Shown: piece by piece, positions 27,298-39,923 of the stretch
Layout: every line of letters begins with the position of its first letter
Numbering within the stretch: the first letter of the stretch is position 1
Assembly (NCBI RefSeq): GCF_030028105.1
Contig: NC_092394.1
Coordinates: 43,254,477 to 43,318,476, forward strand
Length of the DNA stretch: 64,000 bases
Direction of reading: 5' to 3'
DNA from: Mobula birostris
Lineage: Eukaryota
Translations under genes and position numbers: made by a program
The notes under the pieces: generated by a model
What the model was told of the DNA's origin: nothing
The model's database searches: none
Seen by the model: the letters and a program-made list of their open reading frames with translations, nothing else

Positions 27298-28242
27298 ACT
27301 GAAGGAAGAGTGAGTAAGGGATTTGAAAGTTGGAGGGGGAGGGGGAGATCCAAAATGATAGGAGAAGACAGGAGAGGGAGGGATGGAGCCAAGAGCTGGA
27401 CAGGTGATTAGCAAAGGGGATATGAGAGGATCATGGGACAGGAGGCCTAGGGAGAAAGACAAGGGGGGGGGACCCAGAGGATGGGCAAGAGGTATATTCA
27501 GAGGGACAGAGGGAGAAAAAGGAGAGTGAGAGAAAGAATGTGTGTATAAAAATAAATTACGACTGGGGTATGAGGGGGAGGTGGGGCATTAGCGGAAGTT
27601 AGAGAAGTCAATGTTCATGCCATCAGGTTGGAGGCTACCCAGACGGAATATAAGGTGTTGTTCCTCCAACCTGAGTGTGGCTTCATCTTTACAGTAGAGG
27701 AGGCCGTGGATAGACATATCAGAATGGGAATGGGATGTGGAATTAAAATGTGTGGCCACTGGGAGATCCTGCTTTCTCTGGCGGACAGAGCGTAGATGTT
27801 CAGCAAAACAATCTCCCAGTCTGCGTCAGGTCTCGCCAATATATAAAAGGCCACATCGGGAGCACCCTCCGTACTTATTCCTGGCATACAGTATTCTATC
27901 TGCTGTATCCTGGGGTAGGTGGAGGATCTCCTTGGCCGCTGTCCTGATGGCATGAACATTGACTTCTCTAACTTCCGCTAATGCCCCACCTCCCCCTCCT
28001 ACCCCGTCCGTTATTTGTTTATATACATACATTCTTTCTCTCTCTCCTTTTTCTCCCTCTGTCCCTTCCCTCCCCCCTTGTCTTTCTCCCTGGGCCTCCT
28101 GTCCCATGATCCTCTCGTATCCCTTTTGCCAATCACCTGTCCAGCTCTTGGCTCCATCCCTCCCCCTCCTGTCTTCTCCTATCATTTTGGATCTCCCCCT
28201 TCCTCTCCCACTTTCAAATCTCTTACTAACTCTTCCTTCAGT

Positions 28243-28280
28243 TAGTCCTGACGAAGGGTCTCGGCCTGAAATGTTGACTG
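28243..28280 (+). ncRNA. PLE hammerhead, variant (GAAAT-GTT)
   Basis: CTGACGA core intact; CpG-type changes around stem III. Confidence 0.55.
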
Positions 28281-28559
28281 TACCTCTTCCTAGAGATGCT
28301 GCCTGGCCTACTGCGTTCACCAGCAACTTTGATGTGTGTTGCTCGAATTTCCAGCATCTACAGAATTCCTGTTGTATTCATTCCTCGCTGTTCAATATTA
28401 TTTTTTCGTCTTGATTATACACAGCTATTGAGAGGAATGATTTAATTTTAAGCAAAATTTATTTTATATTCATCCATTGGGTACATTTTGGGCATTCCAT
28501 ACTGAGTGCGGTTGTGTGCCCAGTAGTTCTGGATTTTGTCCACTTTTCATTGCACTTAA

Positions 28560-28730
28560 AGGTAATTTTGTTTGACTCCTTCCTCAGATAGACTACCTCA
28601 ACCTGCACAAACCATGTGGCCCCAGTATGGTGACGTGGTGTGTGACTTTACCAATCACAGATTGCAGAGATCGTCATGTGACCCCAGTATGATGTGGTGT
28701 GTGACATCAATGATCATCATGCTTTTTGAA
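28560..28730. mobile_element. Possible decayed solo LTR related to the 9140-9712 LTR
   Basis: repeated tgacgtgg(t/c)gtgtga motif shared with 9235-9260. Confidence 0.35.
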
Positions 28731-31412
28731 AGTTACTCCATTCTTTCCCCACAGATCCACAAAATGTTCCTTTACTAACTGGCCAGTAAGTGATGTGCTC
28801 TCTGCACTATGCTAAACAAGAGTGTTGGAGATTTCAGTTGTTTTGCATTGTAGTACTTGAACAGCAGATCCAAACATGTTAATTCCACTAACAAAGTCTT
28901 CCAATTCAAAAGGTTAAGGATGACAAAGACACCCAGCACATGAACAGATGCTCACGGATAATGAATTCCAGATGAGGGGAGTGTTGCCTGGATGGAGATT
29001 CTACAATTTAAGATAAATAGAGGTTCTGGATATCATTCAGAAAGAAACCAAAAGCTAACCTTCAAATAGGTCTTTCCATGAAAGAACAAAGCATAGCATT
29101 TTTAAACCCTGCCTCAAAATTCTACTCTTGACCAGGAAATCAACATTTGCAAGATATCGATGAATTTAGAAGCAGATATCGATGAAAAAGAGAGATGAAG
29201 TACAGCCATGAAGATGGATTTGTAGAAAAGCTGAGAGACTGTTAGAAAGTAAAGCAGTGCATGTAGATAATTGCTGGAAGAATACAAGCTGCAATAAAGT
29301 AAGAGACATGGGATGTGCAAGTTGGATTGGAATGACACCAGGAGTGTCAGGAACCCGAGGGTCTCTGTGACTTGTCAAAGAGCATTGGACTTCTGGGTTT
29401 CTTGTGCACCTGTATTTTCTAATTGTTAGAGCCATTAAACCCAGGTGCTTACTGTTTGATCTTGTCGAGTTGATTGTGATCGGCATGTGTTCTCCGGATT
29501 CCATGATCATTTAAAGGGGAGTTTTGTTGTGCTCTGTAAACAGAGTCCCACTGTGTACGTGGAGTGTCGCTTGGCCACCCCTCCGATACTCTGTTAGTAT
29601 TCCTATGTCTAACCTCTTGTTTCCTTCTCTTTGTGGGGATGCTGCTGTTCCTCTGCTCCCGGGTTGGACTATCGTCAGAGCTAACTGTGACTGAGGCTGC
29701 CATCCACCACTCCAGGGGTTAGTTGGAGCCAGCGACCACCGTGATAGAGAGTGAGTCTGCCATCCCTATGCACTTGGATCCAGTCCTGAGAGCACGCAAT
29801 GTGACCCATGAGCAGAGGTGAAGGAGGTTCACTGGGTGGGAGGTGGACACTACAGCCACACAAGAACTTACAGCAGTAAACAATGGAAATGAGTAAGGTC
29901 AGAATTCAAGTGAAAATAAGAAAGCCAGTAGGAGAGAAATACCGTCTACAAAATCAGCCCTATGGACAAGTAAGTAAAATTCCAGCAACACAGATCCAAA
30001 GTGAAGGACATGGTCTTGGTGTTAGACTGAATGCAATGTTTTAAGTGCAGCTCACTGTGGATTGCCAGGGAACTGGAGCTGCAAGTCATGATGAATGGGA
30101 CACAATTTGAGTCACATTGGAACTTTCAGCTCAAAGGTACTGTATAGCTCAGGAAGGATTAATTAATGCAACTTAGAATTAGAAGGTAGCATTTAAAGGA
30201 GAGTGTATGCATTGAAAATAGAAGTTTATGAAAAGGTCCTTGAGAACTTTGCATCTTACATAGAAATCAGCACCCAGTACACAGCATTGGCTCCTGATGT
30301 CTGTTAAAAGCACGATAGCAACTTAAAAGTGCACATGATCAACCTCTCTCCATTTTCTGTCTGTTTATGCATCTGTCTAAATGGCTTTTAAATATTGCTT
30401 TCATTTCTGCTTGCATCACTCCTGCCAAGCATTCCGGTCACCAACCACTCTGTGTAAATAAAAAAAAGTCACACACATCTCCTTTCAACATTCTCTCCAC
30501 TCACCTTAAACGTCTTCTTGTATTTTCATCCTGGGGGAGAAAGACCCTGAGAACCCACCTGAGCAGAGGTGACAAAGAAAGAAGTGGAAAGAGGCATCAG
30601 AAGAGGAAATGGTGATACCTGGCATCTCCTAGGTGCCCAGAAGGGTTTTGGTTTTAAAGGGAAGATTTAACAGATAGAAAAATGCAATACAACTTGACTT
30701 GGTTGGGTTAACGTGTAAAATGTGCCCAAATCTACAGCCCATGAAGTGGAGCCCACTGCTTTACAGGAGTGGAAGAGGGACAAGTGATTATCTAGGACCT
30801 TACCTTTAGACAGATGGATGAAAGCACATACAGTTCACCAGTAAAGGAGCTAAATGTTAGAAAGTGCACAGGAACTTTAACCCATGGACTGAGGTCAAAA
30901 GCTGTAATATCAGGAGATCAGCTAATCCAGAAAAGAACAGGATCACACAGTCAACCTTCAAAGAATTACGACCATCCTGTCAGGGAACTTAACTACTGGC
31001 ACATCTTCCTTCCACTATCAGAAAGAAGGTCCAACCTTAAAGGGGAAATGTTTGGAAAAAACAATAGCAATACAAAACAGAACATTCTGAAACAGTAGCT
31101 TGCCATCAAAATTGTACTCATGACCAGAAAAATCAACATTAGCAAGAAGCAGATATCGATGAAAAAGACAGATGAAGTACAGGCAAGAAGACATCGCTAG
31201 CTGAAAGAGGTTCAGCTGATCACTGCAACTTTTCTACACCAAAAGTACTTCACTCCCTGTGCAATATTTGACCCGCAATGACATCACTATAAGCATTTAA
31301 TATGTCATGTTTACCGCCCAGAAATGCAGTTGTTTATAATAAGCACAAGTAAATCATCTTATAAGTTTCCCAAATTGCAAGCACATTTAAATTTCTAGAT
31401 CTGGATGTAGAT

Positions 31413-31715
31413 GGGGCGTAGCAGTTAGTGTAATGCTTTACAGTGCATTACAGTGACTCCTGCCACTGCCTGAAAGAAGTTTGTACGTTCATCTTGTGAC
31501 CGTGTAGGTGTGGTGCTCTGGTTTCCTCACAGATTCAAAAGGCATGCAGGTTAGTGTTAGCTAGTACATTGTGGGCATGCTATGTTTGTGTTAAAAGCAT
31601 GGCGATACTTGTGGGCTGCCCCCAGCACATCCTTTGACTGTGTTTTTTGTTGGCACAAATGACGTATGTATTATGTTTCAATGTACATGTGACAAAAAGC
31701 TGATCCTTAATCTTT
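31413..31715 (+). mobile_element. V-SINE
   Basis: tRNA-like head; gtgctctggtttcctcac V core. Confidence 0.7.
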
Positions 31716-32453
31716 AGATTTCATTTTCAAAGGGTAGGAAAGCAAAGTGGTGAATGGAAGCAAAAGAAAGAAATATATTGAACTAAGTACGGATTCCAAG
31801 CAAACAGCAAACAATTAATTGAAACAACAGAGGCTGAAAATCTCCATTTTTATGATTTAAAACAAATATTAAAAAGTATAAAGTCAGGCGTGTACAAAGT
31901 CAGAACAAATTCATTACAAGAGCATAGGTTCCGTAAGTGTACTCAGAGTTACAGAGTAATGCTACAGCAATCTAATCCCTGCAAAAGATCAGTCACAGCT
32001 TGCAATGAAAGGAGAAACATTCTCAGTAGACATCATCCATGGATCATCGTGGCTGGGGATTCACAACCAATGCTCAACTGCAAAAGATAAGTCAAACTTT
32101 CCTGCTAAAAAATGTTTATAAATTAAGCTATGAAGAGGATTAGAAGGTCCAACATTTTCAGGGAAAGTAATAATTAACATTCTTTGAGATACATTAGCAG
32201 ATTTGTCAAAGGTAACCTTAAATCATATTAAATAAATTGCTAAAATCATACTGTTTCTCAAGTAGTTACAAATCCAAGTGTTTCTCTCTCTCTGCTCTTA
32301 ACCAATGAACCACCTTTGCCAGCACCGTTTTACAAAAGTGATGTTACATAATAGAGTTGCAGTTGCCGAACTGTAAACTAATATAAAAACTTGGCTTTCT
32401 CCTCTCTTCCTTGAGTTAAAATGGGAATTTTACCACAGGTCTATGCTGCTCTT

Positions 32454-32563
32454 TCACACATAACGAGACACGATGATAGCTTGATCCCCTGAGATGTTCA
32501 CTACCACCATCATACATGAAGCAGAAGGGGACAGGGAAGGTGGAGAACTGTGAGATGTACAGG
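32454..32563 (-). CDS. HIP1: Candidate HIP1 terminal coding exon: ACTSHSSPPSLSPSASCMMVVVNISGDQAIIVSRYV*
   Basis: pyrimidine-rich acceptor tcatttcccttctttag, correct phase 1; SPPSL resembles human C-terminal SPPTL; followed by AU-rich repeat-poor sequence. Confidence 0.5.
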
Positions 32564-32974
32564 CTAAAGAAGGGAAATGATACTACAATGGAAAGCTAGT
32601 TAAGTATAAGGGGCAGAAAATAAGAGTACTTTGATGGAGAGCAAACAGACTACTAGAAGAACTCAGTGTCAACCAGCATCAGATGCAGATTCCAGCATTT
32701 TGTGTCTCTATCAACATTTCGATAGAGTACAATTGAATAAATGGGGTATAAACTTCAGCAATGACGAAACTGCATCATGTTGTAAAATGCTATACCACAA
32801 GATGACAAAATAGGGAGCATACCATAATGGCAAAGGAAATAAAGACAAGGGAACCTCACCACATGCAAGTTCCCTGAAAGTTACACATCATTCAGATAAT
32901 ACTTGCATTTCTTCACCACTGGATCAATACTCTGGGATTCTCCACCAAATAGCTGTCAAGCTGTCCACAAGTAC

Positions 32975-33350
32975 AATGATCCAGGGCATGCTCTGCTCTT
33001 GCTGTTGCCTTCAGGTAGAAGGTACAGGTGCCTCAGGACTAGCACCACAGGTTCAGAAACAGTTACTACCCTTCATCCATTAGGGTCTTGAACAAAAGGG
33101 GATAACTACACATCCATTGAGATGTTCCCACAACCAATAACTTCACTTTAAGACTCTATCTTGTTATTTCATGCTCTCGTTTATTTATTGCTATTAATTT
33201 AAATTTGCATTTGCACAGATTGTTGTCTCTTATGCTTTTGTTCTTTCATTGATCCTGTTTACGGTTACTGTTCTATAGATTTATTACGTCCGCAAGAGAA
33301 AGGACTTCAGGGTTGTATGTACTCTGATAATAAATTTCACTTTGAACTTT
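32975..33350 (+). mobile_element. Rex1-type 3' fragment
   Basis: HALLLLLPSGRRYRCLRT; tttgaacttt tail. Confidence 0.75.
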
Positions 33351-34449
33351 TGAGCTTTGTGCGAATACTTCCAGTTAAGGAAATCAGATCCTTTCCACTT
33401 TCTCGAGGACAATTACAGATGGTAGCCTCTCCTACAATGCCCAAATAATAAAATAAAAACCTGTGAAGTTGGGATGAAACCAATCACAGTGGGCATCTGC
33501 TGGGGACCCATGTCCTTTGTACAGGAGACAATCAAATAATTTACTCTCTTGCTACTTTTCTTGAGACTACTGGTGGAGTGCCACAGTTTTAGACTGTGCT
33601 GTCTATCCTCCAGGAACACAAATCCAAGAGCACTTCCTTCAGGCAGCCTGGACATGAAGGAGAGCATCACACACTTCCTATCCATTAATGAATTACTAAT
33701 AAGAACAACGGCAACTCATTTCACTCTCTAACGTGATGGATTTGAAGTGGTCCTGATTGCTACCTCGGGCTGGATTAACCAATGGATTAAAAGACAAACC
33801 TGGCATCTTCTGGTCTGTGTGCCCTGACCACACAGTAAACTTTCACTCGCCAGTCACCTCAACTTTGAAGAGAGGGAAAAAGCAAGCCAGTTGAAATGTT
33901 GCAAAACTTGTCATGGTTTGCTGACAGGTTAGTGATATGTGCCGGCAAAGGTGGGGGGGGGGGGGTAGTATAAATAGTTAAACTAAGATTTGCCGCAGGT
34001 ATTGGTAATGCAAAGATTAGCATAATACTTACCACTGGTGTGCAAAAACAAAAGGTAAAAATATACATATAATAAATAAAGGAAATAACAACATCGTGTC
34101 AATAGTGACAGAATCCTGGAATACAACTGGAAAACACTGATACAGATGTGTAGGACCACTCTGGTCAAGGCTCGCGGTTACTGCATGTATCCTCTCGAAG
34201 ATGGAGAGAATAGAACAGCTTTTGTGTCGAGAGGTTCAATGTTCATTCAGTCTTTGATTGGAGGATACAATCGCCACAATCTTCGCAATCTCCACTTCTT
34301 ATTCTTCATTCTGCACCTATTTGGTATCTGCATTTAACAAAAAAAAAACTTTTGTTTTAGTTTTACCTCCTTTCAATCATTACCCACATCCAAAATTGCT
34401 CTAATGAAAGGTCATTAACTCAAATTCTTCCTCCACAGAAGCTGCTTAG

Positions 34450-34805
34450 CAATCAGAATCAGGTTTAATATCACCGGCATATGTCGTGAAATTTATCTTT
34501 GCGACAGCAATATATAATAGAAAAAATATGAATTATGGCAAGTATATTTAGTGTAATTCATATTTTAATAGTTAATTAAGTAGTTCAAAAATAGAAATTA
34601 AAAAGTATGATGTAGTGTTCATGGGTTCAATGTCCATTCAGAAATCAAATGGCAGAGGGGAAGAAGCTGTTCCTGAATCGCTGAGTGTGTGCCTTCAGGC
34701 TTCTGTACCTCCTACCTGATGGTAACAATGAGAACAGGGCATGCCCTGGGTGCTGGGGGTCCTTAATGATGGATGCCAACTTTGTGCTGCATCGCTCCTT
34801 GAAGA
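34450..34805 (-). mobile_element. Rex1-type 3' fragment
   Basis: (attctg)n tail; IIKDPQHPGHALFSLLPSGRRY on the minus strand. Confidence 0.75.
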
Positions 34806-35959
34806 TGTGTATTTCTAGAAATTTGAGTTATTTTGTATATTCAAAATTACTAGCTTTACATTATTTTTAAGAAAATACTTGAATCTATTGCGCTTTATTT
34901 CAAATGGGATTAAGTCAAAATTATTTGAATGAACCAAAGTTAATTATTGATTATACTCAATTATTAATTATTCCCAACTACATTTTACCTTGCATGAACT
35001 ACATTTTCCAGTATCTTTACATTGCTGGGTTTGAAGTCTCAGTTGTGTTAATTACATTATCAATGTATCAATGAATATAACAAATAGATAAATCCTCATT
35101 GATATTTGTGGGACACCAAAAGTTACTTTCTTTGAGCTTGAAAACACACCTATTAGCATAGCTATCCGTGTTCTGGTGTCTAACCCCTCTCCTCGTCAAT
35201 TAATTCAATTTGATAAGCTTCAAATTTTAAGTGTCTCTTATGCATAGAGTATTTTCTGGAATATATTACCTGCAATTACCTCAAGAACTTTAATTATGTT
35301 TGTTAGGAGAAAAACCTGGTTAAGTAGGTTGTTTCTAATCAGCTCGGATTCCTCAAGTGCTCTGTCATTCTACCCCTTATCACAGATTTGAATAACTTTG
35401 CTGCAACAGATGTTAGACTAATAGATGCAAATTTTCCTGATCTCCCCTTTACTTCAGTAAATAATGAATTTATGCTTGCAAATTTTAAACCCAAAGCAAC
35501 GATCCTTGAAAGTAATGGCAAAGGCATCCGGAAGCATACACATATGCAGCCTTTACAAACCGTTGCTGAGGTAAAGGCATGGCAGCAATGTAATTCAATT
35601 ATTGGACTGATAATCCAGTTGCCTGGAGAAATGAATTAAATGATAGTGAGGCAGCTGGACAATTTAAATCCAGCTCATCCATTTCCAAGGTGCAAACCAT
35701 GAAGGACCTTTTTGTCATAAACCCATCTAGTTTACTAGTCCTATCCATGAAGGAAGCAAATCCTAAACATTTAGCTGTACCAAAATACACTTTGGTGGGT
35801 CAAGGAAGCAACTCATGGAAATTACAGATGATATTAAATGCTCACATCCCAGGCATTACAAAGGTGGAAACCATTAGATATAGGGTATATTTTAGCCTTT
35901 ATGGAACCATAAAGTAATGCAGTAAGGAAAGAGAACTTTTGGTCCAATACCTATCTACA

Positions 35960-36212
35960 CGAATCCTATACTAATTCCATTGCATTCTTCCCATGTTCCC
36001 TCAACTCTCCCCAGATACTACCACTCACTGCAGGCTAGGGCCAATTTACAGAACTCAATTAATCGACCAACCTACATGCCTTTGGGATGTGGGAGGAAAT
36101 CCACATGGTCACATGGAGAATGTGCAAACTCCATTCAAACAGCAGCAGAGGTCAACATAGAGCCTGGGGAAATGAAGCCGTGAGGCAGCAATTCTATTAG
36201 CCATGCCACTAT
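35960..36212 (-). mobile_element. V-SINE
   Basis: tttgggatgtgggaggaaa...ggagaatgtgcaaactcca. Confidence 0.7.
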
Positions 36213-36231
36213 CATCAGAACCTGTAATGTC

Positions 36232-36565
36232 ATATGATCTCATGACCATGATTGTTCTTGGCAAAGTCTTCCACAGAAGTGGTTTGCCATTGCCTTCTTC
36301 TGGGCAGTGACTTTACAAGACAGGTGACCCCAGCCATTATCAATACTGTTCAGAGATTGTCTGCCTCGTGTTGGTGATCGCATAACCAAGATTTGTGATG
36401 TGCACCAGCTGCTCATATGACCATCCACCACCGGCTCCCATGGTTTCACATGATCCTGACCATGGGGCTAAGCAGGTGCTACACCTTGCCCAAGGGTGAC
36501 CTGCAGGCTAGGGGAGGGAAGGAGTGTTTTACACCTCCTTTATTAGAGATGTATGTGCACCCCAA
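36232..36565 (-). mobile_element. RTE/BovB-like SINE or 3' end
   Basis: gaagaaggcaatggcaaaccact motif on the minus strand. Confidence 0.7.
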
Positions 36566-36796
36566 CACCCTTGCCATTACACCAACTACTTTTCTAATAC
36601 GGTTTTATTAATAATGTTAGTTTTAATGAATTATATTTCTTGATTTGTCAGGATCTCCTTGGAAAGTAGAGCACATTATTCCTTTTCAGTACTGTGAAGA
36701 CTGACTAAACCTGCAATACCTTTGATTTGGGAAGGTGCTGGGAAAGTCCACGTGCTTTAAAAATGCTGATTTCTAAGTTTCAGTCATGAACTCCCA

Positions 36797-38939
36797 CACA
36801 AAATGCTGGAGCAACTCAGCAGTTTCAGGCAGCATCCATGGATGAGACCCTTCATCGGGGCTAGAAAGGAAGCAGGCAGCAGCCAGAATAAAGAGGGAGG
36901 AGGGAAGGGAAAGGAGTACAGTTTGGCTGGTGAGAGGTGAGACCAGCTGGGGAGGAAGGTGCGTGGGGGAAGAGAAAGTAAGAAACTGGGAGGTGACAGG
37001 TGGAAGGGATAAAGGCTGACAAACAGGTGAGGAGCAAAGAAGGGTTGAATTAGGAATGGAAGAAGAGAGAAAGGGGGAAGATGGAGTAATTACCAGAAGT
37101 TAGAGAAGTTGGTTTTCACGCCATGAGGTTGGAGGCTACCCAAATGGAATGAAGTGTTGCTCCTCCAGCGTGAGAGTGGCTTCATCATAGCAGTAGAGGA
37201 GTCCATGGCCACACAAATGATGATGGGAATGGGAAGTCCAACTAAAATGAATGGCCAATAGGAGATCCTGCATTTTGTGTTGGACAGGGGTACTTATCTC
37301 TGTAACTGTGTTCGCCCTGTCCCTTTACCTCCTTCCTCACCACCATTCAGGACCCCAAACAGTCCTTTCAGGTGAGACAACAACACTCCAGTTGTGAGTT
37401 TGTCGGAACTATCGACTTTAGCCGGTTCCTCCGGTGCGGCCTCCTCCTCATTGGTGAGACGCGGTGCAGATTGGGAGGCCACTTTGTTAAGCACTTTCCC
37501 ACTGTCTGCCGCAAAAGGCTGAATGTCCTGGTAGCCTCTTACTTCGATTCAACTTTCCACTCCCATGTCCATGGCCTCCTCTACTGCCACGTTGAGGCTG
37601 AACTCAGGTTGAAGTAGTAATGCCTCATATTCTGTCTGAGTTGCCTCCAACTTAATGGTGTGAACATCAATTTCTCCAACTGATGCTAATTTTTCCCCCC
37701 GAATTTTTGTCCTGCCCCGCCCCCCCCAACTTTGTTCCTTTTCGATTCCCCGTTCTGGTTACCTTCTTACACCTTCTCTTCTCCTCATCTACCCATCACT
37801 TCCGTCTGCTGCCCTCCCTACTTCCCTTTGTTCCATGGTCCATTGCCCTCCCCAATTAGATTCCTCCTTCCTCAGTCTGTTACCTCCGCCACCTACTGTA
37901 TAACCTCCCAGTTTCTTAATTCCCACTACCCCACCTACCTGACTTTTCCTCTCACCTATTGTGTCTTTGTCACTTGGTGTGAGCAGAATTATCTGCAGCT
38001 TAATGTGAAAAAGACTAAGGAGCTGGAGATAGACCTGAGGAGAGCTAAGGTACCGGTGACCCCTGTTTTCATCCAGGGGGGTCAGTGTGGACATGGTGGA
38101 GGATTACAAATACCTGGGGATATGTATTGACAATAAACTGGACTGGTCAAAGAATACTGAAGCTGTCTACAAGAAGGGTCAGAGCCACCTCTATTTCCTG
38201 AGGAGACTGAGGTCCTTTAACATCTGCCGGACGATGCTGAGGATGTTCTACGAGTCTGTGGTGGCCAGTGCTATCATGTTTGCTGTTGTATGCTGGGGCA
38301 GCAGGCTGAGGGTAGCAGACACCAACAGAATCAACAAACTTATTCGTAAGGCCAGTGATGTTGTGGGGATGGAACTGGACTCTCTCATGGTGGTGTCTGA
38401 AAAGAGGATGCTGTCTAAGTTGCATGCCATCTTGGTCAATGTCTCCCATCCACTACATAATGTACTGGTTGGGCACAGGAGTACATCCAGCCAGAGACTC
38501 ATTCCACTGAGATGCAACACAGAGCGTCATAGGAAGTCATTCCTGCCTGTGGCCATCAAACTTTACAACTCCTCCCTTGGAGGGTCAGACACCCTGTGCC
38601 GATAGGCTGGTCCTGGACTTATTTCATAATTTACTGGCATAATTTACATATTACTATTTAACTACTTATGGTTCTATTACTATTTATTATTTATGGTGCA
38701 ACTGTAACGAAAACCAATTTCCCCCTGGGATCAATAAAGTATGACTATGACTATGACTATCACCTCCCAGTTTGAACTCATTCCCCTGCCCACCTTCCTT
38801 TTCAGTCCCGATGAAGGGCCTCAGCTCAAAACATCCAGTGTTCATTCCCTTCTATGGATGCTGCCTGACCTGCTGAGTTCCTCCACCATTTCATGCATGT
38901 TGCTCAACACTGCCAGCATCTGCAGATTCTCCTGTGTTT
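36797..38939. mobile_element. Penelope-like insertion with inverted arms (minus 36797-37290; plus 37291-38939 including decayed GIY-YIG), interrupted by Rex1
   Basis: RCGLLLIGETRCRLGGHF peptide; degenerate TSD agtcatgaactccca / agtcatgacctctccca. Confidence 0.85.
37962..38760 (+). mobile_element. Rex1/Babar LINE 3' fragment, young
   Basis: WCEQNYLQLNVKKTKEL; YKYLGICIDNKLDW..LYFLRRLRSF..SFLPVAIKLYN; (ATGACT)n tail. Confidence 0.92.
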
Positions 38940-39114
38940 AGTCATGACCTCTCCCATAAAGCAATGAGAGGGAATGCAAAACAAGTCTTGAATAAACTAT
39001 TTGGAAAAGCTCTCGGTGTAAATAGCCTTGGAATACTTGCCTTCACCCTTTTGCAGTTGATAATGATTATCCTGCTAAAGGCCTTGGGTAGAATGAGAAA
39101 GGAATTGCACACAC

Positions 39115-39223
39115 CTTCATCCCAGCCCTCAGCGACTCCTGCCAGCTCGTAATGCTTTTTACGCAGTCCTCCAAGGCGCTCCCTCTCTTTCTGTAGTTGA
39201 CTTTCCAGTTCTAAAACACGAAC
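39115..39223 (-). CDS. HIP1: HIP1 exon (109 nt): VRVLELESQLQKERERLGGLRKKHYELAGVAEGWDE
   Basis: aag acceptor, AAG|gtgtg donor, phase 0-1; LRKKHYELAGVAEGW matches HIP1. Confidence 0.96.
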
Positions 39224-39861
39224 CTTCAGGGAAGGAATGAAAAGACAAAAGATGTTGCATTGTCACTTTCATTGCACCTGCTCTTGTGCTGGAATCAGTC
39301 TGAGAGTGAACTTGTAGAGGCCTTGCACTAGTTTTCAGTGAATTTGTAGAAGCCTTGCACCAGTTTTCAGTGCACAGAAAAAGGTGACCACCCCCACTCT
39401 TTCTGCAGATCACGTACAAGTACCAGATCACCACCCCTAACCGCCAAAGGCAAATTCAGATTCTTTATCTTTAATAGTAATTGACGCAGAGCTCTTGAGC
39501 GGGCATCAGTCCCCTTCTCTCCACTAAAAGAACAGCACGCTATCTGGCCAAGAATTATTTATTTTTTGAATGATACTCATCATCATACTACAGGAGGAAC
39601 AGCTTTTGAGAAACTGCAAGTTGTGGCTTCCGACTGCCTCATTTGACAGAGAGCTTGCTGGATAAATTCAGTCTGATTAGAATGCAAGCTTAATGTTAAT
39701 TTCCCTAAAAATGTTCCCCTGCTGGTGGGCCACGGTACATAAAAGATGCATTTAATTGAAAGGATGTGGAAGATACAATCAGAGAGACACTTCATCTCTT
39801 TCATTACTTCAAGAAACAATGGAAAGAAGCAGAGTGCCAAGCAAAAGTAGTTTTATAATAC

Positions 39862-39923
39862 CTGTGAGTCCATTTCCTGTCGCTTGATTTGCGTCAGTGT
39901 CATGCTGGAGAAATCCATTGTGT
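39862..39923 (-). CDS. HIP1: HIP1 exon (62 nt): DTMDFSSMTLTQIKRQEMDSQ
   Basis: cag acceptor, CAG|gtat donor, phase 1-0; MDFSSMTLTQIKRQEMDSQ matches HIP1 rather than HIP1R. Confidence 0.97.

Larger units (their letters stand above)
27229..28375. mobile_element. Second Penelope-R2 chimeric insertion: inverted PLE arm with GIY-YIG C-terminus (27229-27866), 77-bp R2 piece (27866-27942), PLE 3' arm (27943-28375)
   Basis: perfect 14-bp TSD attcattcctcgct (27215-28 / 28376-89); R2 piece 76/77 identical to 51565-51641 with the same PLE junction. Confidence 0.92.

Noticed and set aside
27826-28414. ORF-track peptides such as MLVNAAGQAASLG and LPLPLSNLLLTLPSVSPDEGSRPE (also at 51-53 kb)
   Set aside because: Translations of the non-coding, low-complexity PLE tail and ribozyme.
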